Source: Octopus bimaculoides
Lineage: Eukaryota
Reading direction: 5' to 3'
DNA: 38,078 nt
Assembly (NCBI RefSeq): GCF_001194135.2
Contig: NC_068983.1
Span: 129,220,004-129,258,081 of the forward strand
The number at the start of each line of letters is the position of its first letter. Position 1 is the stretch's first letter. The position numbers and the translations under genes were made by a program. A model generated the notes under the pieces. It was not told the origin of the DNA and made no database searches. It saw only the letters and a program-made list of their open reading frames with translations. This document shows, in pieces, positions 24,340-35,810 of this stretch.

Positions 24340-24495
24340 TACATGATACATGATAATGAATACAAAGGAAGGAAACAGGTAAAACTAAATATTCCAACAG
24401 GTAAATATCGTATAACCTACATGAGACCGGGTAATGCGTACAAAGAAAGAATACCGGTAAAACTAAATGGTCCAAATCGGTAAATATGGTATATT
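24340..24495 (+). repeat. 78-bp tandem duplication (2 diverged copies)
   Basis: TACATGA...TACAAAG.A.GAA.C.GGTAAAACTAAAT..TCCAA..GGTAAATAT.GTATA begins at 24340 and at 24418. Confidence 0.9.
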
Positions 24496-25432
24496 AATGT
24501 CAATATTTTTTTAGCAATATCTTTAAACACGCTACAAGCTTTGTACTATCAATGATAAGGGAAATCGTCTTTAACATGTGTTCCATATATTGCTATTTTG
24601 GTTGATTGCACCAAATTCAGTTATGATAGAGCAGGTCGTAGATTAAAAGAAATATCCTAGGTTCTCTTGTATCATGGCACCCTTAACTTTCTGAATAATA
24701 TATAGATTTTTGAGAGATATTTTGCGTGTTTTTCTCATTTTCATAACCGAACAGAGATAGTATAATAGGCTTCTCTATGATAGGGAATTTCATTTAAGAC
24801 TTTGGAATATGATTACTTGAAAGTTTCAAATATAATTACTTGAAAGTTTCAAATTTTCAAATTTCATATTTTCAAACTCTAGTCGTATTAATGCAATTAG
24901 TGGAAAATTTAAAAAGAAATATAGATATGGACTATAAATGCCTGCATTGTTCTTATTTCCAACAAAGATGGAGACGCATTATACATCAACGTTGTTATTC
25001 TTTGAAATTGAGCATTAAACACAATAAACCATGGGTTACTTTAGCAAAAGTGATCGGTATTTCAATTACATGTTACAACGGTAAAACTTTTAAAATTGTA
25101 TGGTCGATCGAATTGAACTATTATTTTATCGTGAGTGCAAAATGAAAGGTGAAGTCAGACTAAGAAAAATTGCACTTAAAACACAGAAAAAATATTCTTC
25201 AATTACGACAAAACATTTATTGAATAACTATAAAAATGATAGTATTGGTTATCAGAAACTGACAGTATGCTAGACATGTGGATGTAAATACTTTACATAA
25301 TTTGAAATATATTTCCAATAAAAATTGAAGTTTATTGTAATTCTTGAGATCATGGGAGAATGAAGAGCAGTGTTATTATATGAGACATGATTCACAAGAT
25401 AGTGAGTTAAACGCAGTGTCTGTTCAGCTTTG

Positions 25433-25479
25433 ATACTTATGTGCCTTCCATACTTATATGCCTTCCATACTTATATGCC
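25433..25479 (+). repeat. 17-bp tandem repeat (ATACTTATATGCCTTCC, between 2 and 3 copies)
   Basis: Direct reading of the sequence. Confidence 0.85.
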
Positions 25480-25590
25480 ACGTGGGATACACGTGCTTAG
25501 TATGGGTGAACATTATTACGACGTTAACGAGGTAAAGGATTTTGCGACCTTGGGAAGTCAATGTGTTGATAAAATTAAAGAAAATCTTAC

Positions 25591-25777
25591 TTGTTATAAT
25601 AGGTATATAAATTATGAACAAAGCAACACTTTGGAAGTTCTGAACCATACAAAATGTAAGAGCGAATAGATCACAAAGTGGCTTGTTTAAAATATTGAGA
25701 TACGTTCCGCGCAGAGTAACAGGCATGTATAAGTATGTTTTTTGCGCTTGTGGCATAGTACTAGAGGACAGCGATAC
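25591..25777 (-). CDS. Candidate internal coding exon of unknown gene (187 nt)
   Basis: Acceptor CCTCCTTTTTGCAG|G and donor CAA|GTAAGA. The phase-0 frame is stop-free: VSLSSSTMPQAQKTYLYMPVTLRGTYLNILNKPLCDLFALTFCMVQNFQSVALFIIYIPIIT. No recognised homology. Confidence 0.2.
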
Positions 25778-25826
25778 CTGCAAAAAGGAGGTGATGTTTG
25801 GAGACGAATTTGGTTGACTACACAGT

Positions 25827-26145
25827 GAAGGCACGTGGCTTAGTAGTGAGGGTGTTCGGCTTACAACCTTAAAGTTATGAATTTCAGTTATGAGTGACGC
25901 GTAATCTCCTTGATCAAGATACTTTATTTCGTGATGCCCTAGTCCATTCAGATAGCAAAATTAAGTTGTACCTGTAATTCAAAACGGTCAGCCTTATCAC
26001 ATTCTGGTCTGCTCAGTCTCCCTTACTTTTACGCTAAGATTACGCGTGAATGCAGAGGTCTCAGTGTCTTGCATATTAATTTGATAGCAAACTATCCGTT
26101 CATCCGGTCAACGGTAAAATCCATTGTCGTAACAGACGGAGTACC
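25827..26145 (+). mobile_element. tRNA-derived SINE family D, full length, diverged
   Basis: Head GAAGGCACGTGGCTTAGTAGTGAGGG. Middle CTTGATCAAGATACTTTATTTC..CTAGTCCATTCAG, shared with family C. 3' body TGTACCTGTAATTCAAA..GGTCAGCCTT.TCACA...GTCGTAAC.GACGGAGT, shared with 20494 and 26168. Confidence 0.8.
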
Positions 26146-26167
26146 TGATTTTTAGTTTTTGCTTCTA

Positions 26168-26382
26168 TCACGTTGAACCAGTTCACCCAGCTTGCAAAGA
26201 TGAATTGTACCTGCAATTCGAAGGGCCATACTTGTCACATTCTGTGTCACACTGATACCTTGAGAACAACGTTTAAAGTGCGCGTGTCCGTAGAGTGTTC
26301 AACAACTTGCACGTTAATTGAATAATAGGCTGGAACCCTCGGCAACTGGAACCTTCGTTGTCGTAACCGACATAGTGCCAAC
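26168..26382 (+). mobile_element. SINE family D, headless second copy in tandem
   Basis: TCACGTTGAACCAGTTCACCCAGCT...TGTACCTGCAATTCGAAGGGCCATACTTGTCACATTCTGTGTCACACTGA...CAACTGGAACCTTCGTTGTCGTAACCGACATAGTGCCAAC. Confidence 0.8.
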
Positions 26383-26710
26383 ACACATAACAAACATCAA
26401 AGAGTAAATATTATCTACTGTGTGAGTTGTGTTATGTTTTAGTTTTGGACATTGAGTGTGTTCCATTATGTCAGTAATATTAATCTCATGTCTGTAGAAT
26501 GTGAAATACGTTTTAATTGTGTGAGATGTAAATGTTGCAATGCCTGATATGGGTTATAAATGTGTCTGTAGTATTCAATTTACAGATAATTGTATACAAT
26601 ATTTATTTCTGATTAAGAATGTGTTGTTTTAGTTGTATTAATTTGAAAACATCTTGATTTGGATATGCGCTCCATGCATGACTTTAGCTTGGATTGTGTT
26701 GACCTTTGTT

Positions 26711-26780
26711 TGTATTCATCGACTTTGTATATTTTATAAACTTTGTGTGTATTCATCGACATTGTATACTTTATAAACTT
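26711..26780 (+). repeat. ~36-bp tandem duplication
   Basis: TGTATTCATCGAC.TTGTATA.TTTATAAACTT occurs twice. Confidence 0.85.
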
Positions 26781-28309
26781 CCCATCGGGACTAGTGCTTA
26801 AAACTATATTCGCACAATCGTATGTTCTTCTCCTTACATTGAATTTGATAATTTTCCCTACCACTTTTAGCCAGGCTTTTTGGTGAAAAGGACTGTAATA
26901 TCTATAGTCATAGACATATTACATCTCAAAACTGATCATATCCTTATCAGTCTCCTTTTGTGATATTGGTTAAAAAGAAATAAGCATATTTGCCAAAATA
27001 CTGAAAGGAATATGCAACGATATATTCATGGAAAAATGCTAGGTGCATAAAGTACACAAATATTTGTTTTTGATCAAACATGGTGGGTACTTAGAGATAA
27101 ATGCGTATTATGTTGTTTACGATTTAATATCGTAGGACTTGAGCATAATAGATATTTATCGACTCCGAGTCAAATATCCTGGGTATTTACAAATAAATAG
27201 ATATTTATTGATACATAGCAAACAATGCGAATACTTACATATGCATAGATATTTAAGTGGAGATTACAAAAGCAGAAAGATATACAACGACATTAGAAAA
27301 CACAAACATTCTGTGATAACAAATGCTCTCAGATATTTGAAACAATGGAACTTTTGCATTTGATTTTGTTTTCCCTAATATAATCTTCGACAAAAGTTAT
27401 GCACCCGTAGATCTGAACGATTGTGTAAACATGATAAATTCAGAAGAGCTCTCCAATAAATATTCTAGAGGAATTTACAAACCATTCATACAGGATTGAA
27501 TTTCTAACGTAATGGCATGTACTTCGGAATTAGATATCAGATGTTTATATCAAAATATAACATATCTTTTTTAACAATTTTTTAAAACAAATAAAACGGA
27601 TTTTAGTATAAAACAACGACTGAAGATCATTTGTGAGGAACCGAAAATAAAAAGGGTGAAAAGTGCATATAAATGGAACGATGCATAGAATTAAACTGAG
27701 CATAAAACTGTGATCTTCTGTATAATTAGTGAAATTCATAAAGCAATATTGAATATATTACATTCTTGCACATATCATCATTGATATAGTCTAAGTTTAT
27801 ATAATATCTGGTAATGCAATATTTGTATTCATTAGATATATTATATTTTACTAAAATAGAGAGTGCAATTCCATATTGCCAAGATGAGAAATTATGTTAT
27901 CTATACAGACTGTATTAGTAGGACTAATGTCGAGATCTAGAATTGTTACTTACACTATTTTTCTACTGCTGTACACCCCAGCCGCTTGAAGTGTCTTCTG
28001 TTGAACTCTGTTGTATCGCAATTTTGAACCCAACCGTTATTTTATCTGCGGGGATATACTGTTCCTGTTCTGCTTTCAGCATTTTGTTACATGTTTTGCT
28101 TCACTTGAATTATGTGAACTAACCTACTGTCTCTAAATGCTTGCACTACATTAACCAATGTCTTTTGCATTTAATTTGGTTTTCCGTAATATAAACATCG
28201 TAGGCACTTAAAGACTATACTTTTAAGGCGTATAAACCGAATGTTTATAAGGCAATCAACCCATTTTATTCTTAGTTATTGGTTCCCATAATATAAACAT
28301 CTCTCCACT

Positions 28310-28720
28310 TGGTCTGTTTGGTCGACTGTCCAAGAATAAGCGCTGCTTCCTTAAGATTTCTGGTGTTTCTTATCTTTTATATTGACCTCATCCCACAGTT
28401 GTTGACGGTCTACATTTTTCCATACGTGATCGGCTGTACGTTACTTTTCAATAGTCCCTCACGTGACGGTTTTCCGATGTCTTTCTACTCCACTTTAAGG
28501 GTGCTATATGTTTCTACTTTGTGAAATTCACTGCTGCTGCATCGAATGGAGTACACACATATTATCTTCTATAGGGTACTTCACTCAGAACAGATGTATG
28601 TGAAGTGTCGAATTTCCTCCGAAAATTTGGCTGGTGTGAGATGGCCCACCTATCCCATGCGTCTTTTCTGAGAGGCATCTAATATTCGGTAGACATATAC
28701 TGGCAAGTTTACCTGAGTTT
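28310..28720 (-). mobile_element. Possible decayed 3' end of an RTE-type LINE
   Basis: Minus-strand remnants QKRRMG*VGHL (cf. RRLRW.GH) and WKNVDRQQLWDEV (cf. A.DR..W); higher GC than the flanks. Weak. Confidence 0.3.
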
Positions 28721-29761
28721 CACCGATTTCCTTCCTCCGAAACGTAGTGAAAATAGCAATTAACACGAGGACAACAATCCAACTAATTTAAAAGCATACA
28801 TAAAAGAAGGAAATATATATTAATTCTTTTCAGCTGTCCTAAATTTTAGTTTACGTCAGCGTAATATGGTATGGAACAATACCTAAAATAAGACAAAATT
28901 CCCAGAATACCATTCAGCTTGTTCTTCCATCAAGATATATTTTATAATAGGCGTCAATGGTGAATTTAATAATCCATAGCAAATTTAAATATGCATTGGA
29001 AAAAGTTGGATCTTGTGAGAAGTGATTAAATTTTAGTTTTCCATCAGATATTCCAGTCGCAGCAACGAAAGAAAAGAAAATGCATGTGAATACGGCATAC
29101 GTTCTTTTTCCATGGAAAGCAGTGACACATGTGCAAGCAATGGTTATTGTATATAGAATATTCTTTATATTTTATATCGATATTTAATTTTATTCAGAAA
29201 TATTAAATTATATAAAAATGCTAACAAAACGGTATCAACAAAATCAGCAGAAACTGTTATAACAAGAAATGTAATAATGATTTTCGACTTCGCAAGTTTA
29301 ATATAGGTTCGTGATATTTGTTTCATCATTTTAAGAGAAACGTTATATATGATATATTTTCCTGCAGATGCAAACTTTCTACTATATATTTCAATAAATT
29401 GCTTCAAAATATAGCGTCGCCATAGTGGTCCTAAAAATACATGGTTCCACCTGTTCTTAATTGTCAAACAAGCTATTTTAAAGAGGATCATTGTTAATAT
29501 GCGTCAGGAAGAAAACATGAAACAAATATTGATGTTATATTATACAATTAAATGTGGGTGTATATATTAGTTTAATGAGGGGGAAAATGAATTTAAGCTA
29601 GAATTTAAGACACATAATATTTGAAATATATTAACATGCGTTGGAAAGCATTGATTTAATTTTTTTTTTATTGAAATCTAGTTCTAAGATTTCACTCTAA
29701 TTTACGCTGTGACATCTAACGTTCAACAACAAGCTCTGATTTACACACGTCCTGAACCATA

Positions 29762-29974
29762 CTTTTCCAATCTAGGTACAAGGCCCGAAATTTGGGGGAG
29801 GGGTCAGTCGATTAGATGGACCCCATTACACAACTGGTACTTAATTTATCGACCCCAAAAGGACGAAAGGCAAAGTCGACCTCTGCGGAATCTGAATTCA
29901 GAACTTGAAGACAGTCCAGCTACCGCTAAGCATTTCAACAGACGACATGCTAACGTTTCTACCAGGTCACCGCC
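29762..29974 (-). mobile_element. tRNA-derived SINE family A, near full length
   Basis: GGTACAAGGCCCGAAATTTGGGGGAGGGGTCAGTCGATT...TACTTAATTTATCGACCCCAAAAGGACGAAAGGCAAAGTCGACCTCTGCGGAATCTGAATTCAGAAC...CACCGCC. Confidence 0.9.
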
Positions 29975-30839
29975 GTGCTTATCTTGAGTCATTATCAGGC
30001 CTCAAGATGAGTGGAAATGTTTTCCTAGTACTTCGCGCATGTTCGTGCAAATGCCGATCTAGTTATTCCGATTTACATACTTCTCATCCTCTCATCGTTT
30101 AGCTGGCTCAAATATTTTATATCTAGATAAACGGAATATTAAATGTTAGGAACACAGGCAAGGTAAGCACGTCCAATCTCGTATGATCATTCTTATTTTA
30201 TAGAAAGTGCTACTTGCAAGCATATATTCGTAAAAACTTGGAGGAATGATGATGACAATTATAATTAACACAAACCGGCAGCAACAATAGATGTATGATT
30301 TATTACGTAACTGTTAAATATTGGTATTCCATTGCCTAATCTTATGTTTCAAGATATTAATCACGCACGAATATAAACAATGAAATTCATACTTTAATAT
30401 CATTAGCGCATAATACTTTACAATACAATTTTGTGATATATGTTGGTGACTCACCCGTTTGTTCAATGTATATATGTATGTGAGTATGAGTGTGTGTATA
30501 CGTTTTCACACATATATCTAGCTGTAGAGAAGCGGAAACAGTGAAATCATATAATATAAACGTAGAAGAACTTCTCAATAATATTTACACATATGTATAA
30601 GAATGCATTATATAAAATGAAGTACATATGCAATTAAGTATGTAAACAAATGCGGGTACTTAAACAAAGACATATGAGTGTAGGTGTGTCTGTATGTATG
30701 TAAATGAAATTTCACAAGCAAAAGAAAGAAACAATGAAGCAGACAATGTTTGTGATAAGACTTTCTCATATAGATCGGGCATGAAACTAATTCTTCAACT
30801 ACATTAACAACAGTATTTCACAGGGACACTATTTTATTG

Positions 30840-31076
30840 AATATGGAAAGATGAAAGTGGGGCACCGCTTCGGTGAGATTTATGCTCAAAAAATATTGAG
30901 CGACTACAGAACTGAAGGCATTTTACCTGTGGTTGAAATGATTCTATCACCACAACAAACGAAATAATAATTATTATTTTGAAGATCGTTTCCAATATAG
31001 ACGCAGGCCAACATATGTGGTGGGAAGGGTCTAATCTGTTATATTGACTTCAGTTCTCAACTGGTAATTACATCAT
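30840..31076 (-). mobile_element. Two old fragments of SINE family A
   Basis: 30840-30950 resembles the GAAAGATGAAAG...TTTATGCTCA...GGCATTTT half. 30995-31076 resembles the GCAGGCCAAC...GGGAAGGG...CTCAACTGGTA half. Confidence 0.45.
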
Positions 31077-31089
31077 TTATCACGACATT

Positions 31090-31215
31090 CATTATGATGA
31101 TGACGGCTACGACTTCGACGACGAAGACGACGACGATGATGATGATGGTGGTGGTGCTGATGACGATAACGATAACAAAAGCAATGAAAATGATGTTAAT
31201 AACGGAAATAATAAA
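31090..31215. repeat. Degenerate (GAT/GAC/GGT)n trinucleotide tract
   Basis: GACGACGAAGACGACGACGATGATGATGATGGTGGTGGT... Confidence 0.9.
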
Positions 31216-31820
31216 ATATGAATAAGTCACAATTTTGAGCTTGCTATGGTGAATAGGGTTGTAGAATTATTATGTAAGCATATATTCGATATAAGGAGAA
31301 TGAGATTGTATTTATCCTACTCTAACCGCAACAGAAAATATTTGTTCCTTATTGAAAATGAGATTTAGTAATACCAACAGCTAATGATATTCGTCGCCTA
31401 ATCATTTCTATGAATACCGCCCGGAAATTGAGAAGGGAATGAAACGAATGGGATTTGTATACAAGCTAAATTTGCTTTTCATAAAACAGTAATTCATGAG
31501 GTTAGTTAGAGTGTTAGAAGCCTTCAAATACGGGGCTTGCTTGGTAACACCGCATATATGAAAACAAGATAAATGCGCATCTAAATTCATATATTAAGAT
31601 TTGTAATTATGCACAAAATTTAGATATGTGTAAGCATTAAGGCAAATTTTTATGTTAACGAGAAACTTTAGTCGTTGAAAACATACATATGCACACGTAT
31701 GAACCTACGTATGGATATATGTGTATACACACCTATATGCGTATAGGCTTGAATTGAATGGGTGTGTGTATTAGCTTGTGTGTGTTGAGTGTGTGAGTGC
31801 GAGTGTAAACTGCAGATAAT

Positions 31821-32021
31821 CATGATTTCAAGGCACAATTCATAACAAAAATTCCAGTTCTGGGGAACCCCAAAGCCCCATTGGTACTGGTCTTTTTCGA
31901 TGCCGGAAGCATGAAAGGCGAATCCGACCCCGTCGGAATTTGATCTCAGGATGCAAAGACGGACCGAATGCTTAGCGGTATTTACAACAGCGTGCCAAAG
32001 ATACTTCCAGCTCGCAGCATT
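31821..32021 (-). mobile_element. SINE family A, diverged copy
   Basis: GGCACAA...TGGTACTGG...CCGGAAGCATGAAAGGCGAATCCGACCCCGTCGGAATTTGATCTCAGGATGCAAAGACGGACCGAATGC...CCAGCTCGC. Confidence 0.8.
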
Positions 32022-32036
32022 AATGATATGTAATAC

Positions 32037-32225
32037 TGATTTCTATTTCTGGCACAACGCCAGCAAATTTGGGTAACTCGATTACATCAACCCCAGTAAT
32101 TAATAGGTATTTATTTTATCAACTCTGAAAAGAGGATTGCTAAGTCAATCTCGGCGGAATTTGAACTCAGAACATAAATGCCATCAGGTATTCCGTCCGT
32201 TGTGCCAAGGATTGTGCCACCTCAA
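32037..32225 (-). mobile_element. SINE family A, second copy in tandem
   Basis: TGGCACAACGCCAGCAAATTTGGGTAACTCGATTACATCAACCCCAG...TTATTTTATCAAC...CTCGGCGGAATTTGAACTCAGAAC. Confidence 0.85.
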
Positions 32226-32592
32226 GCATCAGTTGTATATAATATTAGCAAGAAATAAAACAGGAAGTTTAAATAAAAACCTACTCTCTTAATCTCTACA
32301 TTTTTGCGTAATTTAATAATGAAGTTTTATATGCTAGAAATGGAAGTCAACAACAACTATATTGTGTGACATCGCCCGAAAATGGAACTATTTAATGTTC
32401 TATTACACCTGATAGACTGAAATGACAAGAATTTAACTAGATATTCACTGATGTAACTGATGCTGAATAATCAAAATCTTCTTGTTTCATCCTTTCATCG
32501 TTTGCTTACATAGGCATAGTCCAAAATATTCGATATATCTTTATGATAGGAGGATAGAATAATAGGATTATGGTTTAGAATAGGGCTTAGTT

Positions 32593-32702
32593 TCCCTCTC
32601 TCTCCCTATCCCTCCCCATCTCCCTCCTCCTTTTCTCCCTCTCCCCTCTCCCTCTCTCTCTATCTGTTTGTTTGTTTGTGTGTGTGTGACTCTGTCTGTA
32701 TG

Positions 32703-32746
<44 letters not shown>

Positions 32747-32770
32747 TTTCTCTCCACACATACACACACA
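32593..32770. repeat. CT-rich polypyrimidine tract with (CT)n and (GT)n/(CA)n
   Basis: Direct reading of the sequence. Confidence 0.9.
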
Positions 32771-34730
32771 TTCGTCAGTTTTACATGTATAAATGCGGTG
32801 GAAGAGTAGGTTTTTTGAATAAAGAAGGAATGAATAACGGAAGATTATTTAAGGGAAACGAAATCTGATGTACCTTGTTAAAGAATCTACCAACTCCAAT
32901 TAAGTGAGAAACAAAGTGAAGAATTGTTTCACAACATGACGCACGGAATTGTCTGTTCCACCATTTGGACGTATATCCATTCCAGTCTTGTATCATTATA
33001 TGACAAGTTAGAAACCAGTACTAATACGTACACTGGCGCGTACACGAAGAACATCTCTTAAATTCATACACATTATAAATCTGTTTAAGAATTTGTATAT
33101 AAGTATATATGTGTACGAATATAGATACGATTGTATTTATATACACATGCATATTGATATATGTATGAGTCTGTCTTTATGTGCATTTTGAGTCATATTC
33201 TATAAGTGTGAGCGACATTTGTTTTCATATACAAGTAAATATATGGCGTGCATTGTAATAGTCAGTTTCAATTATATTCTTCCTATGACTTCGGATATGA
33301 TTGACTCTAAAGTATTCGTTTTATGGAAATATAATTACATGAAGAAAAGTGTCTTTCACAACAGTTATTTGAATTTAGAAATTGAATTCCAATTGTATAC
33401 GAATATATATTGATAAATACTCTAATATTGTGTTTGCAAATGCTTACATGCATATGATAATATGGCTGTAATACACACTGTGGATATGTATGTGTGCGTG
33501 TGTATATCAGTCTTGCGAATGTGTAAGTATGCATATATGCATTTATGTGTGTATGTGTGAGCTTGCTTACTCGTGTGTACATGCGGATGTAACATATGTG
33601 CATCAGTATTTATATACACAATCATTGACTGACACACACACGTATTTGACAGAATGCAATATATTTTCTTTGTGTAGCCTTGGTCAACAAAAATTAATAT
33701 TAGAAACGCCTTGTCCAAAATCCCATTGATTAAGTTCGATCCTGAAACTACTTAATCTAACATTCAACTTTGCATCAACAATATGTATTTTTTTTTTACC
33801 TCAAGGAAATTCTTACGTAATATGTTATGTTATAGGATTGATATGTATCGATTGAAGATATTGAAGAAAGAATTTCTCTAGTTTTATTTTCTTTGTGTAA
33901 CTCTTTCGTTCCGGTAGATTTCTAATTTTCCAATGATTGCCTCTCGGTAATAGGATTTGGCAGGTTTATAAGCTCGTGTTTTGGTTTCTGATTTTGTTTA
34001 GGATTAGGTCAATCTCGATCGAAAAGGCCTATTATTAATGGTGTTTCAACCAACCATGACAATGCCGTTTCTATGTGTATCTAAGACTGCCATATGGAAT
34101 CATCCTTCGTTGTATTTGAGGAAGAAATCTGTTTGCCATGCATAAAGTGTTTGACGAGCATACAAATCTTTATACTCCTGATGTTTCAAAATACCTATGG
34201 TCTCAGAAATTCAATTTTTTGACCGAACCGTAATTTTATAATTTTCGTCGGTACACTTTTATAACGTACCCTTAATTTTAGGCATTTTAGCTGTAATTTG
34301 ATTCTGTTTATTACAAGATAACTGCGCACATAAGACAATAGCTGCTGCAGAGCTGGATCGTAGACATACGTATAAAATTTTACATGGCATACACAAGTTT
34401 GAAAACTACAAAATACATACCGTTTTCGTGTGTCTTATTTCCCAAGTGGAGTCCCAGTATCGTTTTAGCCTTCACATGGCTAAAACTAACTGACAACTAT
34501 ATACTCTATATTAAGTTCAATACAAGTACTACTACTACTACTACTACTACTACTGGTGTTACAATTGACTGATCTCCAATTTTTCTCAATACTCGGACTC
34601 ATGTTAATAATCTATAACTACTCATTTTCCATAGAATGAGATCCAACAAAGAACAGTGAATTCATGAACACCATATTCGCAATACAAACGCCTTAACTCC
34701 AAAGAAATAACTATTCCCATTGCTATATAT

Positions 34731-34771
<41 letters not shown>

Positions 34772-35019
34772 TTCAACTGTGTTAGTTTTAATTAGGAAAT
34801 TTAATCCTTTTTCCTAAACAAACTGTATCTCCATATATATTCCATTTTAATATACAATATTATTCCTGAATAGTGATCTGTAAACTAGAATTTTTAATGT
34901 TGTTAGGTCTAGAGTTGATTGATAGGTCTAGAGGTGATTCCGTTCAAATTATAACAGTTTGAAGCATCACCTTTCATTGGTAATTTAAAATAATTCTTTT
35001 TTTCTAGTTGTTCGGTATT

Positions 35020-35810
35020 TATTCATTGATCCAGACATTTTGTGAAACTTTTTGGAAAATAATTGGTAATGTTTTGACGTGTTATATCTTCACCCATATC
35101 ATATATCACCTCACAGCAGCAGTAGACCACTTCGTTCGCCACATGCAAGCTGGTTTCAGGAAACGAGAATCGTGTATCGACAATATTTTTGCAATTCGCC
35201 GAATAATCGAACAATGCTATGAATCAAACTCATCTTTCTGCACGCGGCTTATTGACTTTGAAAATCCTTTCGATGGCCTTCACTAAGATACCCTTCGAAA
35301 GATTCTCAGACACGATGGCTTTCCACAAATATTAGACAATACGGAAATCATTAATACGCAACAAGAGTACCAAAACACGATTTTACAAAAGCAATATATT
35401 TAGCATCCTCCTCTATGGTTCCGAATGTTGGAAAATAAGCCAAGATTATTGAAAAGAATTTGGAGGTATTTCAAAATAAATGTTTACAGCAAATTCCGAT
35501 GGTAAACAGTGGAATATGCTCTCGAATAGCAAAGTACACACAAAAGGCTAACTTGAAACCAACAAACGAAACTCTTGAAACAAGTAGATAGAAATGGTGA
35601 AATCGAGTTTGTCGCTATAAATCGAACTCAGTTGTAAGGATCACCTTGCAATGGGTTCCACAATATAAAAAAAAAGACGTGGCTGACTAAAGGAAACTTG
35701 GCAGAGAAGAATAACAGAAAGTCTTAAGAGCAGGGATGTTTTCAGTGTTAGAAGGCGGAATGATCTTCTTGTCGCCTCAAGTGATATACGGCACAATGAC
35801 AACCGAATGA
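35020..35810 (+). mobile_element. RTE-clade LINE, internally deleted RT and C-terminal region
   Basis: AAVDHFVRHMQAGFRKRESCIDNIFAIRRIIEQCYESNSSFCTRLIDFENPFDGLH*DTLRKILRHDGFPQI (RT domains 1-3). It then jumps to KSTKTRFYKSNIFSILLYGSECWKIS...LEVFQNKCLQQI...LQWVPQYKKKRRG*LKETWQR. Confidence 0.9.

Noticed and set aside
27619-27652. CTGAAGA-TCA(TTTG)TGA-GGAACCGAAA hammerhead-like string; similar partial hits at 1184, 6430 and 645 (minus)
   Set aside because: GAAA is not adjacent to stem II, and no stem I/III or NUH triplet can be formed.
31090-31220. Acidic Asp-rich frame (YDDDGYDFDDEDDDDDDD...)
   Set aside because: Explained by a degenerate GAT/GAC microsatellite; no splice support.
33985-34215. 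Minus-strand frame interrupted only by TGA codons (*ISETIGILKHQEYKDLYARQTLYAWQTDFFLKYNEG*FHMAVLDTHRNGIVMVG*NTINNRPFRSRLT), suggesting a NUMT, selenoprotein or alternative code
   Set aside because: No resemblance to any mitochondrial or selenoprotein sequence I know and no SECIS seen; three TGAs in a row is compatible with chance across six frames.
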